A stretch of DNA of 50,868 bases from Hyphochytrium catenoides (taxonomy: Eukaryota > Protista > Hyphochytriomycota): positions 1 through 50,868 of the forward strand of contig FLMG01002948.1 of assembly GCA_900088475.1 (NCBI GenBank), in the 5' to 3' direction. A program made the translations under genes and the position numbers. Below the pieces are notes generated by a model. The model did not search any database, was not told the origin of the DNA, and was given only the letters and a program-made list of their open reading frames with translations. Of the stretch, positions 1-13,100 are shown one piece after another (position 1 is the first letter of the stretch; every line of letters begins with the position of its first letter).

Positions 1-24
1 GAGAGAGAGAGAGAGAGAGACTAC

Positions 25-2393
25 CTGCTCTTCGGGCTCAAGCCCTAGATCCACCGTGTAAGTCGGGACCGTGACCACTCGAGAGAGAGAAGTTCCGACT
101 GCTATGAGATGACAAGAGGGAGAGACAGCGACGCTGATGGCTCTCTCTTTCTTTTCTCCCTCTTCTGGCATCTCTTCACCTCCTTCCTCCTCTCCTCTCA
201 CTCTTTTCTCATTCTCTCCTTCCTCTTCTCTCTCTCCTGTCTCGTCTTTCTTCTCTCCCAAGTCAACAGCGTGAAGTTGTCGAGGAAGAACCTCCCTGGA
301 TATCCAGCGGACTACCGCGTCACTTCCCACCACGATTATCGTGGAAAGAGTGTAGATGATGCCCTGAGGAGAGAAAGGAGAGAGAGGAGAGAGAGAGAGA
401 GGCAGAGGGATAGAAAGAGACCAGATATGTGAGAGAAGAGAGAGAGAGAGAGAGAAGAAAGGACAGAAAGAAGAGAGTATGAAAGAGGAACAAGGGGTGG
501 AGATGAGGGGGAGAGAGAGAGCAAGAAAGAGAGAAGAGAGAGAGAGGAAGAGAGAGAGAGGAAAGGAAGAGAGAGAGAGAGAGAGAGTGAGAGAGAGAGA
601 GAGAGAGAGAGGATGGAAAGAGAGGCAGTTAGTTCTTCATAGGGAGAACGTCAGTTCGGTCTTTCAACTGAGATGTATGTCCCTTCTATTGAAAAAGACA
701 GAAAGCACCAGCGGCATCGAAGATTGAAGAACGAGGGAGAAGACNNNNNNNNNNNNNNNNNNNNNNNNNNNNNNNNNNNNNNNNNNNNNNNNNNNNNNNN
801 NNNNNNNNNNNNNNNNNNNNNNNNNNNNNNNNNNNNNNNNNNNNNNNNNNNNNNNNNNNNNNNNNNNNNNNNNNNNNNAGAGAGAGAGAAGACCAAGAGA
901 AAGAGCAAGGGCGTCCTTTCCTCCTACCAGGGGAAGTGTTCCTGCCCCTTCTCTCTCGTCTTCCTCCTCGGAACTCCAGAAGAGAGAGACTTCGTTGCTC
1001 ACTGTCGAGTAGCTCCACACCTCTCCCAGCTCATTGCCGAGGAACAAGTCATGACTGCCTCCCCAGACATGAGAGAGAACGTTGTTTCTCCTGTCGTTCT
1101 CTCGTCTTGCCTCTTCTTTCTCTCTCTCTCTCCCTCCTCCTATCCCGCTCTTTTGCCCAGAAGAAGATAAAGGCTGCGGGTGGCGCTTAGACCCTCGTTG
1201 CCCCTTCAACGGAGAAGGAGAAGAAGCTGAGGAAGAAGTAGGGACGAAGGAAGGAGAGAGAGAGACACTCCCTTTCCCTTCTTTCTTCCCCTTTCTCTCT
1301 CCTGGATTAGACAGATCCACATGTACCCACGAGGTAAGGTAGTGCTCCCATGGTTTCGCTATATTAAGTATGAAGACGCCTCCAGATCCGCCGAGACAGA
1401 GTTGTTTACTCTGCAATGGATTGAAAGAGATGAAGGAGCAAGGCGCCGGGAGCTCTGTCTCCACGATCTGACGGAACTCTCCGCACTCAAAGATGTGAAG
1501 CTTTCCAAAGGAAGTGGAGGCAGAGGGAGAGAGAGAACGCGAGAGAGAGAAAGAAGAAGAAGAGAGAGAGGAAGAAGATGAGGGAGAGAACGAAGGGAAG
1601 CCAGTGATACAGGCGAGGAATGTCCCGCGGAGAGAGAAGGCAATCGCCTTAATTTCCTCTCCAAGCTCTGCTTGCTTGAAGTCAATGCGAAACTCCTGGA
1701 CCTTCAGAGACAAGGGAGAGAGATATCAGGACGAGCAAAGGAGAGAGAGAGAGAGAAAGAGAGAGACACAGACACAGAGAGAGAGAGAGAGAGAGACTTC
1801 AGCGGATTCTTCCAACGACAAGATACAAAGCAAAGCAGTATAAAGAGGAAAGAGACACCCGCTCGTGAGAAGTTGAAAGGAGAGATAGAAATTAAAGCAA
1901 AAGCAAAAAAAGAGAGAGGAAGAGAAAAGTAGAAGTGTTGGGAGAGAGGTACGTGCAGAAAGGAACACAGAGGAACAGGGGCAAAGAGAGAGAGAGCGAG
2001 AGAGAGAGAGAGAACGAGAGAGAGAGAGATCAGCATCAGGAAAAATGGTGAGAACAGAGAGAGCACCTTCTGCGGATAAGAGAAGATAGACAATACGGGC
2101 TTCCCGTCTCTGAAGGCAAAGGCAAGTTGGTTGGTGGCGGGAGAGAAAGAGAAACAAGAGATGTCCAGAGATAGCTCGGAAGAGAGAAGAAAGTCTTGCT
2201 CGCCGGAGGAGAGAGAGACAGCGCGCAGACCGTGCCCAAACTTAGCCAGAAGCTGATCATTGTCAGCGAAACAGAGCTGCGAGGCGTCATGTCCGATGGC
2301 AGAGCGGATCAATAGCTCTATTCTTTCTTGACCGCTGCCGCTCTCAGAGGCAGAGGCCGAAGAGAGAGACAAAAGCTGTCTGTTGTCTCTCAT
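25..2393 (-). CDS. CFAP43: Cilia- and flagella-associated protein 43-like (WD40 N-terminal region); partial, continues off the left edge
   Basis: Exons about 2393-2067, 1701-928 and 363-25 are joined by GT-AG introns in frame; an N gap at 745-878 lies in an intron. Motifs AFSLRGTFLACITGFPSF, ISFNPLQSKQLCLGG and SHVWGGSHDLFLGNELGEVW parallel the CFAP43/WDR96 motifs SFSYCGTYLASYSSLPEF, SFNPMNWRQLCL and HCWTPTSDLYIGCEEGHLL (recalled from memory). The start codon is uncertain. Confidence 0.75.
745..878. other. Assembly gap (N run); others at 2861-2891, 3970-3998, 14549-14586 and 44695-44724
   Basis: Runs of N, mostly next to GA/CT microsatellites. The last gap removes the end of a channel-gene exon. 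Confidence 0.99.
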
Positions 2394-2775
2394 TCTGCTC
2401 TTCTTCAACAACTCTTTAAAGCGATAGAGAGAGAGAATGTGAGACTTTTGCAACGCCCATCGACCTCTGAGAACCAGTCTCTCTCTCCCTCTCACTCTGA
2501 GTCTGTCCTTTCTGCTGGTCAGTGGAAGAGGAGCTCCCTTTATGTTGCTGTTGAAGCTTCAGGGACGGGAGAAGTGGGGCAGTGGCTGGCTCGGTTGTCC
2601 TCTCCTCGAGGCTCGAATGGTCTCTTTCTTCCCTCTCCCTCCCTGGTTGTCTCTTAAGTCTTTCCGTGTTTATGCTTTGCTTTCTCTTGCTTTTCTCCTC
2701 TTCACCTTATCTTTTCAACATCTCCCTTCTTACCCTTCTCTCTCTCTGTCTCTCTGCTTCTCTCTTTTCTCTCTT

Positions 2776-2811
<36 letters not shown>

Positions 2812-2891
2812 CTTCTCTCTACACTCTCTCCCTCTCTCTCTCTCTCTCTCCCTCTCTCTCNNNNNNNNNNNNNNNNNNNNNNNNNNNNNNN

Positions 2892-2938
<47 letters not shown>

Positions 2939-3394
2939 GCTGCGAAGCGACACATCACGACAACCGTTTTACAGTACGAGAGCAAAGGCAGGGAAAGAAT
3001 CAACTTGTCGGTTATCACACCGCTACAACATAGCTAACATCTATACTCTACAAAAAGTCCTATAACCATAAAAATCTATCTTAGGTAATCATGAACTCAC
3101 TGCTTTTAGTAACCTCTATGACGTTTTCTCGATCGCTGACATTAATGGCCGTATTCCTGATCCGGGCCGAAATGAAGATGGTTGGGCGGCGGTTCTCAAC
3201 AGGTTTTCTGATGATTGGTTCGCGCCTTGCAATGCACAGAGAAAAGCAGTCTGCAGACGGAGATCAGACAGAGATTCTGATGCCGATGGCCTCCCGGGAA
3301 CCGGCGCTACACTTGGCCTAGGCCACCAGTTAAGCAAGTGTAAGTAGGGAGCAAGGAGAGAAATAGGCTGCCTGTAGGCTGCATTGGTTCCAAG
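2394..3394. promoter_or_regulatory. Probable divergent promoter region between the CFAP43-like (-) and RPA49 (+) genes
   Basis: Inferred from head-to-head gene orientation only; contains ATTGG (CCAAT-type) words near 3214 and 3383. No transcription start data. Confidence 0.4.
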
Positions 3395-3937
3395 ATGGGT
3401 AAGAAGTCACGACAGACTCCAGAGAAGCCGAAAGCCGCAGCCTCCGCTTCCGAGTTGGCGACGCCATCTTCAATGAAGGTCTCACTGAAACTAGAGGGAG
3501 ATCTCAATGACGTTGGCGCAGCTTGCGGTGCGTATGCAACTTGACTACCAGCGTCATACTTCGTCCTGCCTCTTCTAGGCACAGATGTACTTTCTCTCTC
3601 TCTAGCGTTCACCCGAACTTCTGGTCCATCCTATTGGGCTCTGCGTCCCGTGCTGCTCTTTCTCTTCTTCTCCCTAATCTCATGCCGTCTCCAGTCTCAT
3701 TTCCCAGCGGCGCGCCGCCCTCCTCTCTCCTGCACGGCCATCGAGGGGAGCGAGATATGGAGGATGAGGAAGAAGAAAGAGAAAGACTCGCTTTTGAGCT
3801 CTATCAGAATCAGGAGGAAAGAAGGCGAAAGCAGCAGAAAGTCATAGGAGAGATGGGGAGGATGCAGTACCAGGGAAGGAACTATGGCAGTGACTCTGCT
3901 AACACAAATCTGTCACGGTGTGCACCTCTTGACTCTT

Positions 3938-3969
<32 letters not shown>

Positions 3970-6448
3970 NNNNNNNNNNNNNNNNNNNNNNNNNNNNNCC
4001 ACATTCTGTTGACCTCTTTTCCTCTTTGGATTGAATCTCTTTCTTTGCAGTTACGCTCTATTCCTGCCAACACTGTCTTTTTCTCTTCTAACAGACTCTT
4101 TCTGTCTCGTGGTCTCTCCGCTCTACAGATTTTGCCTAGCGCTCTCTTCGTCTCTGTCTCACACAGACTATATAGTTATTCCTATTCTTCAACCATTATT
4201 TAGCCCGTGCTAACCTTTCTCTTCCGTCCTTCTCACTCTCTCTCTTTCTCTGTCTCCTGATGCAGTTATGTCTTGGGAGTTTATGACGAAGACTCTCAGA
4301 CCGTTTCTCTCTATCGCGTGCCTCACATCTTCACTCTCAGAGGGCAAGTAAAGGGCCTGACTGCAGGCGATGTAGAAGATAGAGTCACAAAGGTGAGGCT
4401 CAACTGAAAGAAACGAGAGAGACAGGAAGAGGGAAGATAAGATACCATGTTGAGATTTTGGGGCAAAAGAAGGAGGAGAGAAAAGGAGAGGGCACCGATA
4501 AGGAGCTTTCCAAACAAGCTTCTTAAGGAAGCAAAACGGTATCCGGTATCTGTTTGTGTCCATAGCTCTTAACAGTTTCTCTCTCTCTCTCTCTGTGTTT
4601 CTCAATTTAGGACTTGAAGATAGCAGAACAACGTCGGCTCTTGATCGAGTCTTTTGGAAGCAAGAAGAAGCAGAGAGAGCTCAGGATGATTGACGCGTCC
4701 AAGGTGCAAGCGGAGAATGTCGCAGGGGCCAAAGAGGTGACGAAGATTCTCTCTACGCAAGTGGAGAGCGCCATCAAAGCCAACAATGACGGTAGGTGAC
4801 CGCGGAAAACGAGAAGGAGAGAGACACGCACACAAAGATATAACGAGGTTTTGTTATTGAGAAGGAGAGAAAGTCGGAGTCTTTGAGTAGGAAAAGAAGG
4901 AGAAAATGTTGGCTCACTCTCATCTTTTTTCAGATGCGAGCTCGAGAGCACTGGAGGCACAGCGTTCTCGGCTTCTTCCGCCGCACCACCTCGACGCTGA
5001 AAAGCCAGAGGATGTCTATAAGCCAAAGGAGTGTAAGTGGGCCTCCTCTTCTCTCTTGCCCCTCACTCTCTCTCTTTCTTTCTTTCTCTCTCTGTCTCTC
5101 TTTCTTCTTATCCCCTCTATTTATCTACTTCAACAAAGGTGTCCCTTCTCCGTTTCAGTGCAGAGGAGGGGGCTATCACGGCATCTTGCCGCGTTTTACG
5201 TTCCTTCTAAAGCTGGGCTACTCTCTACTATCTCTTATATTTCTCTGCCTCTTCCCATACTCATCGGTGTCTGCTGTCTCTCTTCCCTCTCCTTTCCTTC
5301 TTATTTACCTCACTATTCTGTCTACCTTTGATCTCTCTCACACCTCCTTCCACTCTCTCTCTGTCGCACAACACGCACATAGTGATCTTGCCCGAGGCTT
5401 GGGAGGCGATAACGCTGCAGGCCTCTGAGCTCCAGAAGGAGCTAAAGACATCGTCTGCTGCGGACTATCTCGAAGCCGCTAAAGAGAGAAGTGAATTGTA
5501 AGCCCAAGGCGAATGCTGTTATCTCTTCCCCATGCGCGTTCTGCTATCTCTCTGCCCAAACTGTTTTCTCTCCGATGTCTCTCTTTCTTGCTCCTACAAG
5601 TCCTTGCTTACTCTGCGTAGGCTCCTCTGTATTTTTGTTACTCTCTCTCCCTCTCTCTTTCTCTCTTTCTTCCGCCTTGCTTCATTCTGCACTGCATCAG
5701 CCGCCCTCTCCTTTACCCGGTCTCTTCCCTGTTATTCCTATATTCAGACGGTTCTCCAAAATATCTAACGTCTCTTTCATCGCTCCTCTCCTTCCTCCCT
5801 CCCTCTCTCTGTCTTGTTCTCTCTCTTTCGACTCTTATCTTGCGCAGTTATCCGCTTCCCATCGTTCGAAAGCTGCGGGAACCGCATAAGAAATGGTCGC
5901 GTACCTCTCTCTCTCTTCTTCTCTATCTACGTTATCTCTTCCAGTTCTACAGGCAACGTCCTCCTCTTCGGGCTGCTCCTTCAGAGATTGCAGAGCGGAC
6001 CAAGATCCCTCTCGCGATCCTGCAGCAGCTTCTCTCTGACTTCACAGAGATGACAACAGGGGCGGATGGAAATCCAATGTAAGGGAGAGAATGAGGGAGA
6101 GAAAGAGCTTAAACTCTCTTTCGCATGAGTTGGGTTTCCTTTCTCCGCACTGCGTTTAGGCCCTATAACTCGCTGTTGCCCTGGCGCTCTGTCCATGCGT
6201 CGTTCTTCTTCTTGTTCTCTCTCTCTGTGTCTCTGTCTTGCCCTCTCTGTGTCTTGTGCTTGCCCTGTGTCCCGCTATTCCTCTCTCTATCTTCCTGCTC
6301 TTGCTCTGCCTCTTCTCTGTTAGCGCATTTAAGCTCTGCGATGAAGCTGCTGCCCCATGTTTTGGCTCTTTTGAGTCACTTTCCAAACTGGTGCTGACCT
6401 GATCCCTCCTAACTCTCGTTTTCTTTCTCTCCCTTGTCATACACCCTT

Positions 6449-6495
<47 letters not shown>

Positions 6496-7096
6496 CCAGC
6501 TTCAGCCAACCTTCATTCCTGCGAGACAAACTGACGGTGTTCCTCCTGGTCTTCGTCCTCCACGTCTTTGACTTTGATCTGGACCCCTTCTACATAGCCA
6601 AAGAGCTACGGATGTCGACTATAAAGTAAGGACAAGGCCATCCTCTCCGTATTAGTCTAAGTTGTCTCTTCTCTCTCTTTCTCTAACTCTGTTTCTGCCT
6701 GGGAGTCTGTCCTTCTCTCTCTCCCCCTCTAGTTAATGGCAATGCTTCCCCTCCCCATCTTCTGTTCCTCTGTGCCTGGCTCCATTGATATATGAGGCGA
6801 TAAAAAGGATATCTCTTCATAACGAAGCTTTGTCCGTGCTCTCTTTCTTTCCGCTGACTATTCAATTTGTCTCTCCTCTTGCGCCTGTCAGATGCGGTCA
6901 ATACTTCCGCAGCTTAGGCTGTACATTTGAGAGAGCAGATCGGAAAGGAAAGAGAAAAAGAGAACAGGAGGACGAAGAGGAAGAAGAACCGAGCAAGTTC
7001 AAGGGAGACAAGAAGGGAGAAGAGGGAACTTATCGCGTTCGATTGACGATTCCTCTCAACTTCCTCAAGCCACGGAAGGTCAAGGCGAAGAAGTAG
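3395..7096 (+). CDS. RPA49: RNA polymerase I subunit A49/PAF53 (RPA49/POLR1E family), about 479 aa
   Basis: Nine exons (3395-3527, 3695-3917, 4266-4392, 4611-4791, 4934-5032, 5383-5497, 5848-6078, 6500-6625, 6892-7096), all GT-AG with matching phases, total 1440 nt. Family-like motifs: YQGRNYG..RYVLGVYD, RRLLIESFGSKKKQR, LLPPHHLDAEKPEDVY, RDKLTVFLLVFVLHV, IAKELRM..YFRSLGC, LTIPLNF. Confidence 0.88.
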
Positions 7097-7873
7097 AAAG
7101 AACAGATACAAAGATTGTCAGGCGAAGAGATGAGCACACAGAGAGAGAAGGAGAGAGAGAGAGGTAAGGAGAGAGGGAGAGAGAGACCTGGACGCCTCTA
7201 CTTTCTGCCTTCACCACTATCAGCGTTGGTGGTCGCCTACGTTTTTTGTCAGATGCTGTTGGCCTCCCCAACCTCAATGGTCACAAAGCCCTGAGCGAGA
7301 AGATTCGAGAGAGAGACGGCTCGACCTTTCTCTCTTGCGACAGCAGCGGTCTTAGGATCCTTAGCTTATCTTCCTTTTTATTTATAGAGCTTAAAGAAGA
7401 CTTGAGACTTTGGGAGACGAATGCGCCCTCTCTCCCCTCCAAAGCTATTTATGCGCCGTACCTCCCATGTCATTGTTAGAGGACGTATATAATTTCAAAT
7501 GAAGAGAGAGAGAGAGAGAGAGAGAAGCGCTGTGGCTGACAGCGCTGGACGCTAGAAAGAAAAGCGAATAACAGCAGCGGAGCATTAGGTAATGGAAAGA
7601 GTGCGGGTGGAAGATCTCTCTCTGTCTTTTGAGAAGAGAAGGTCAGGCGCACTCCAAATAATTTAGTTTTTATACAGCGGAGTGCCCAGTGTCTGGTCTC
7701 CAGCATGTGGACGAAGCTGTCGAGAGTACAAAGACCTCAACCCCATACTTCAAGACCAGAAAGGGAAGAGAAAGAGAGAGAACAACGTGACCAAAGTGAG
7801 GGAAAGGCAAGCTGGAGATCAGAGAGAGGGAGAAAGAGAGAGAGAGTTATAAAACGAATGAAGGGATTTTGGT

Positions 7874-8104
7874 CTAACAAATGATAGAGTTTTCGTTGTA
7901 CGCGATCCTCGCTTCCAACACCTCTTCTCTCATCTCTTCCGGCAAATACTGAGTCAGCCACATCAGTAGCTCCTCGTCTGAAGACCCAAAATCCTCCCGG
8001 TACAGACGGAACAGCTTTGGCAGATGGAGAAGATGCTTCTCAGCTTCATAGCAAACAAACCTTCCAAAGAGGAGAATGAGAAAGAGAGAGAAAGACACAC
8101 ACAT

Positions 8105-8166
<62 letters not shown>

Positions 8167-10188
8167 GGCCCATGAGGATGGGAGAGAAGCTTGAGTCTGA
8201 GGCGTAATCATGTGGTGGGACGGGAGAGACCTAAGAAAGAGGCAAACGAAGGAGGAAGCTTTCGATGGATGATAGAGCAAACACTGAAAAAAGAAATCAA
8301 GGCAGGCGCGTTCCTAAAGCTGCTCCAACCAGACACAGATGAGCAGATTGGCTTGATGATGAACAGATTAGGAGCGACGAAGAGATAAATACAGAGAGAC
8401 CCAGAGACAAAGAGAGAGAGAGTGTGTGTGAGAGAGAGAGAGAGAATAGAGCGAGAGATAAGTGCAAAGCGAGGCTGCAGAGTCGGCTAAACACGTGTTG
8501 GACCTAACCTTGCACAGAATTGTTGGCAAACTCTCTCCAGCGCCGTGTCCAGCCCTTGCTGCTTGAAGATGGGCAGCTCGTCAGGGGAGGGAAGAGGGCG
8601 CATCGGCTCCACCAGCGCCAGTAACCAGCGCGGGTCACGAATGTGCAGTCTGCAGATCTTCAGACGTGGATCCTCAGCACTAAACTGTCTATTGAACCAG
8701 CTGTTCGGAGGCTTCCGGTTACGTCGAAGGACGCCGTGGCGGATGTCTCCCAGCGAGAGATAGAAGCCGCCTGGAAAAGGTGATCGTGAGGGAAAGAAGA
8801 AGAGGTTGCAGAGAAGGAGAGAAAACGCGAAGCAATAGGTCGAACAGGGACGCGGGTGAGTGATGGATGGCTGTGATTTTCTCTAAGCTTCATCGAACGC
8901 GACCAAAACTCTCTCCCAAGCCTTCTCTTTCTATAACTACAACCCTCTTCCCCACTTGTACTCTTCCTCAGTCTGTTCCCAAGGCCATCTGGCTCAACCT
9001 CTCTTCAACTCGCTCTCTCCCTCTCTCTTTTTCTCTCTCCCCCCACCTACCTCTCTCTCTCTTTCCACTATTCCCTCACTTCCTTTTTCCGTTTCTCTCC
9101 GCCACGGCGTAAGAGAAACACCAGTGTAGGGCACCGGTTTTCTCGGATAACCTGGCTGGCTCTTCTATTCTCTCTCTGCGTCTCTCTCCATTTCTCTCTT
9201 TTGAGTCTCATCCTTTCCTTACCAACATTGTAGGTGACAATCTTCATGAACTGTCGGTACTGATCCGCGTTCTTGGGCACCCCAAACTCTATGAAGCCGT
9301 GTAGCACCATCGTGTTATGCAGATTTAGAAAAAACGCTGGCTTGGCTGGCTTCAGCATCTTCGATAGATTCACCTGGCAAAGCTCTGCAGTGTTCCTATC
9401 GACGGGAGGATAATATAGTGGATGGAGAGAGCAAGAGGATGAGAGAGAGAGAGCAGACATACCGATGGTAGATTTGTAAGGAAGAACTAACTGATCCAAC
9501 GAGGTGAAGAAGTAAGTACCTGCAGAAGACTTTGTACAAACCCTCAGTGAGGACGCCTGGCGGAAAAGAGTGATGACGATGGAGCTCTGAGATCTGCTGC
9601 CGGAGAGAGATGGCCACGTCCAGAGCGGAGCGGACCGGCCCGCGCCAGATCCTCTTCTCGTTCATAGCAAGAGAAGGCTCGTCGACCTGAGCCGCAAGAG
9701 AGGAGAGACAGAGATGGAAGCAGTACAAGGCACAATTGTTAAGGAAGCCGAGCGCTAGAAAGACAGACAACGGAAAAGACGTTGGGTCCCGCCACCGTAA
9801 AGACCACGTGTTCCCTTCTATTCCCCGGTCCCTTGTTCCTCCTTCTCAAGTCCTTCTTCTTTCCCGGTCTCCTATCATCATTGGCTCTCTGTGGTCCTAT
9901 CTCTCGCTCTAAGGCCATAGCTCCAAGGCAATCTACGCCTGATAGCCTTCTATCTTATAGTGTGCAACGACTCACCCTGAACCTGAAAAAGGAGAATGGG
10001 CTATCAATGACAATGGGCCCTGGCCCCTCCTGGCTCACGGGAAGCAGGAGAGATCCTCGCACTAGTTCTTGAACCTCCGCCTCAGCTTCTTCCTTACTTC
10101 TGCCCGCTCCAACCAGCGCCCCGACCAGTTCCGTACCCACCGCGCACTGGTTCGCGAACCGAAACATCCCGACGCGGCGATCCGCAAT
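7874..10188 (-). other. DEP domain followed by DUF547 domain (3' exons of the fusion gene)
   Basis: DEP exon 10188-9976; DUF547-type motifs in exons 9395-9223, 8770-8509 and 8060-7874. Confidence 0.8.
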
Positions 10189-13100
10189 CTTTACAGAGGC
10201 AGCTTGGTCAGTCCAACAGGTAATTTCGCGCTCTCTCTCTCTCTGCTCTCATCCTTCTCCCCCTCTCTCCTCTGTTATCTCTCTCTCACACAACTGTTTT
10301 TATCTTTCATCTCTTCGTTTTCAATTTATTTTCTCTCTCTGCCTCTCTCTTTCTCTCTCTCTCTCCCCCTTTCCCTTTGTTCTCTCTCCTTCTCTCTCTT
10401 CCTCTCTCTCTCCCTTCCCCCTTGTTGTCTCTCCGTCTCTCTTTCTGTCTCCCTCCCTTTCCCCTTGTTCTCTCTCTCTCTCTCTTGTTCCTATTCCTTC
10501 GTTTCTTCCTCGCTCTTGTTCTGTCTGCACCAATCCTTTTCTCTGTTTGCTACTAGAGCGCTATGCTTCCATTCCCATATCGGGTCGCTCACTTCCCTGC
10601 TCCTACCGAGACGGCGCCCCTGAGCTTATCGGCAATCAAGTCTCTCCAATCTTCCTCCTGCGGCAGCCCCTCAGTAGCTGCCGCTATGGCGTGCTCCCTA
10701 ATGTCTGTCATCCGAGAAGACTCAGAATGCCGAATCTCGCTACCCATGAAACTCTGGAGGGAGAGAAAGGAAGGAGATTAGGGCTGCTCCTTCCCTAGCA
10801 TCGCCTCTACGCAATGCGTTGAATCTCTTCTCTATTCCAGTCAGTGCGTCCGAGGTCTTACCTTGCTATCAGAGGCAAAGCTATTATCAACCGACATCTC
10901 ACTGCCAGTGGGAGGCCCAGGAGGAGGACGCGCAGCGTTGATCTTGGCATCCTCTTCTAGCGCTTGCTGCAGCTCGTCCGCGTGCTCTGACAGGAACTGG
11001 TAAACCGGAGCCTGCACAAGGGACCCACGGAAGAAAAGAAGATTGAGTCAGAGCACAAACCCAATGAAGAAGTGTCGTTTTGCCCATATCAAGCCGCTGA
11101 CATAGTATCGGGGGAAACAGAGAGTAAGATCTAGAACGGACGTGCCCTGTTCAACACCTTCATCAGACGGAAAGAGTGAGAGGAGAGAGACATACAGACA
11201 CAGACTGCTGGAGAGAGTGAGACAGAGTGAGTCAAAGATGACAACAGAGAGAGAAGAGAGAGAACAAGAGCTGGACTTTGTGACCAGGAACATAGCGCAT
11301 GGTTAACCCAAAGGTGATGTTCAACCTGAATTATCGAGAATTTGAAGATGTCTTCGACTGGCGGTCTCTTGTTCGGGTCTGTCTGCAGCATCATCGCTAT
11401 CAGCAGCCGGATCTCTAGGCTGGCACTTTCTCGTACAGGCTGATACTGCCCATGAATAATTCGCTGGAACATGTCGGACAGGTTCTTCTCCTAATCATCA
11501 AGGGCAAAAAGAGTAAACTCCAATGCTTAAAACTTTCGAACTGAACTGGCAATAGATCTAGGCTGATCCAACGTCGAAAGGAGAGCGATACCGTGGCAAA
11601 AAGAAAAAGACGCCACACCCAGAAAGGCCAAACTCTGGTCAGACAGGGTTATAAGATGGGAAAGAAGACAGCTCAGGCCCTCCAGATGGAGCAAAGGAGA
11701 GTCAGAGGTCAACATACCTCGAAAGGTCTCTTAAGCATAACCAGTTCGTAGAGCACGCAGCCCAACGCCCATATATCTGACTTCTTTCCATAAGGCTGTC
11801 CTCTGCAGATCTCAGGACTCATGCTCTCCGGGGTACCGCACGCAGTTTGGGCCAACGCATCGCCATGAAGGGCTCGCGATATTCCAAAGTCCCCCAACTA
11901 TAGAGAAGATGATACGAAGTCAGGTTGTTAGGAAACGGAGCAAAGGAAGAAAAGGCGGTTGGCAGCAAGAGAGGAGAAGACGTCGATGAGACTAGCTCTC
12001 TGCCCTTTCGTCCTCTTGGGCAATTACCGATCCTTTCAATCTTACCTTCAATATGTTGGATTGAGTTAGAAAGACGTTTCCTGCCTTCAGATCTCTATGC
12101 AGCACGTTCTTCTGGTGAATGTACGCTACGGCTAGGACCAGCTGGGCAAACCAGTAAAGAATAATGCTCTCATCAAAATATTTCTCTCCTCCCTCCCCTC
12201 TTCCCAGCTTGGCTTGAGAAAGAACTCTTTCTCTCAGAGTCCCTCCCTCTGCGTATTCCATTATAATGTTAAGTTCGTCCTCATCCTCGAAAGAGTCATA
12301 GTAGCGCACAATATTAATGTGGCGTAACACCTTCAGGAGAGTGACCTGAGGCGCAAGGAGAGTAGATTAGAAGAAAAACACGGTGAGGAAGAATCGTTGA
12401 GGCTAGGACCCCAAGGAACAGTGAACGACGTGCTATCGGAGCTGAAATGGTGAGGAGATAACCACGATGGAACCAACCTCGTTCTCTGCTCGCCTTTTCT
12501 CACTAGCAGAGAGAAGAGAGCGATGGATCTGTTTCAAGGCCACCAGTTTCCCGTCCACCTTCCTCCTGGCAAGCATCACAGTTCCGTGTGTACCCTTGCC
12601 CAGAGGTCTGCAATAAATAAGGAAGCAGACAGCACCAGATGATGAAGGGGTTAGGTAACCTCTCTTAGTCGCCCCATCCTCCTATCTGATGGTAGATCAC
12701 GGATCTTCATATGCCTATCATAGCTCATAGAAGTGGGTCTCATTACATGCGGTACCCTACCTAGTCTCAGAGCAAGTCAAGATGCATAAACTCTCTTTCG
12801 CTTTCTCTCCTTGCTAGTCGCTTTCTCTCTGTCCCATTCCTCTCAACTACCTTATTATTGTGAAGTCCATTGCTGAGTGCATGGAGATCTGGTTCTGGCT
12901 CTTCATTCTGCTCTGCCAGACGTGACGAATTAGAGTTTTGGCACTATTGATAAGCACTGGCTTGATCAGGTAATCCTTCGCCCCGGCACCGAGGCAGCTT
13001 GTCACCACTGACATCTCCTCATTTCCGGATGTCATAACGACTGGGATGTGCCGGTAGTTCTCCTGAAGTAGGAATTGACCGTCAAGGAAAGGGGGGAGAG

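Noticed and set aside
3083-3337. Short ORFs on both strands between CFAP43 and RPA49, including a minus-strand frame broken by a single TGA (possible Sec or readthrough)
   Set aside because: No recognisable homology, no start or splice path into the neighbouring genes and no evident SECIS; best read as promoter/UTR sequence.
3523-4203. ORF-track start for RPA49 (3523, or the ATG at 3682)
   Set aside because: Position 3682 lies in an intron ending at CAG 3694; the phase-matched upstream exon 3395-3527 gives a better start.
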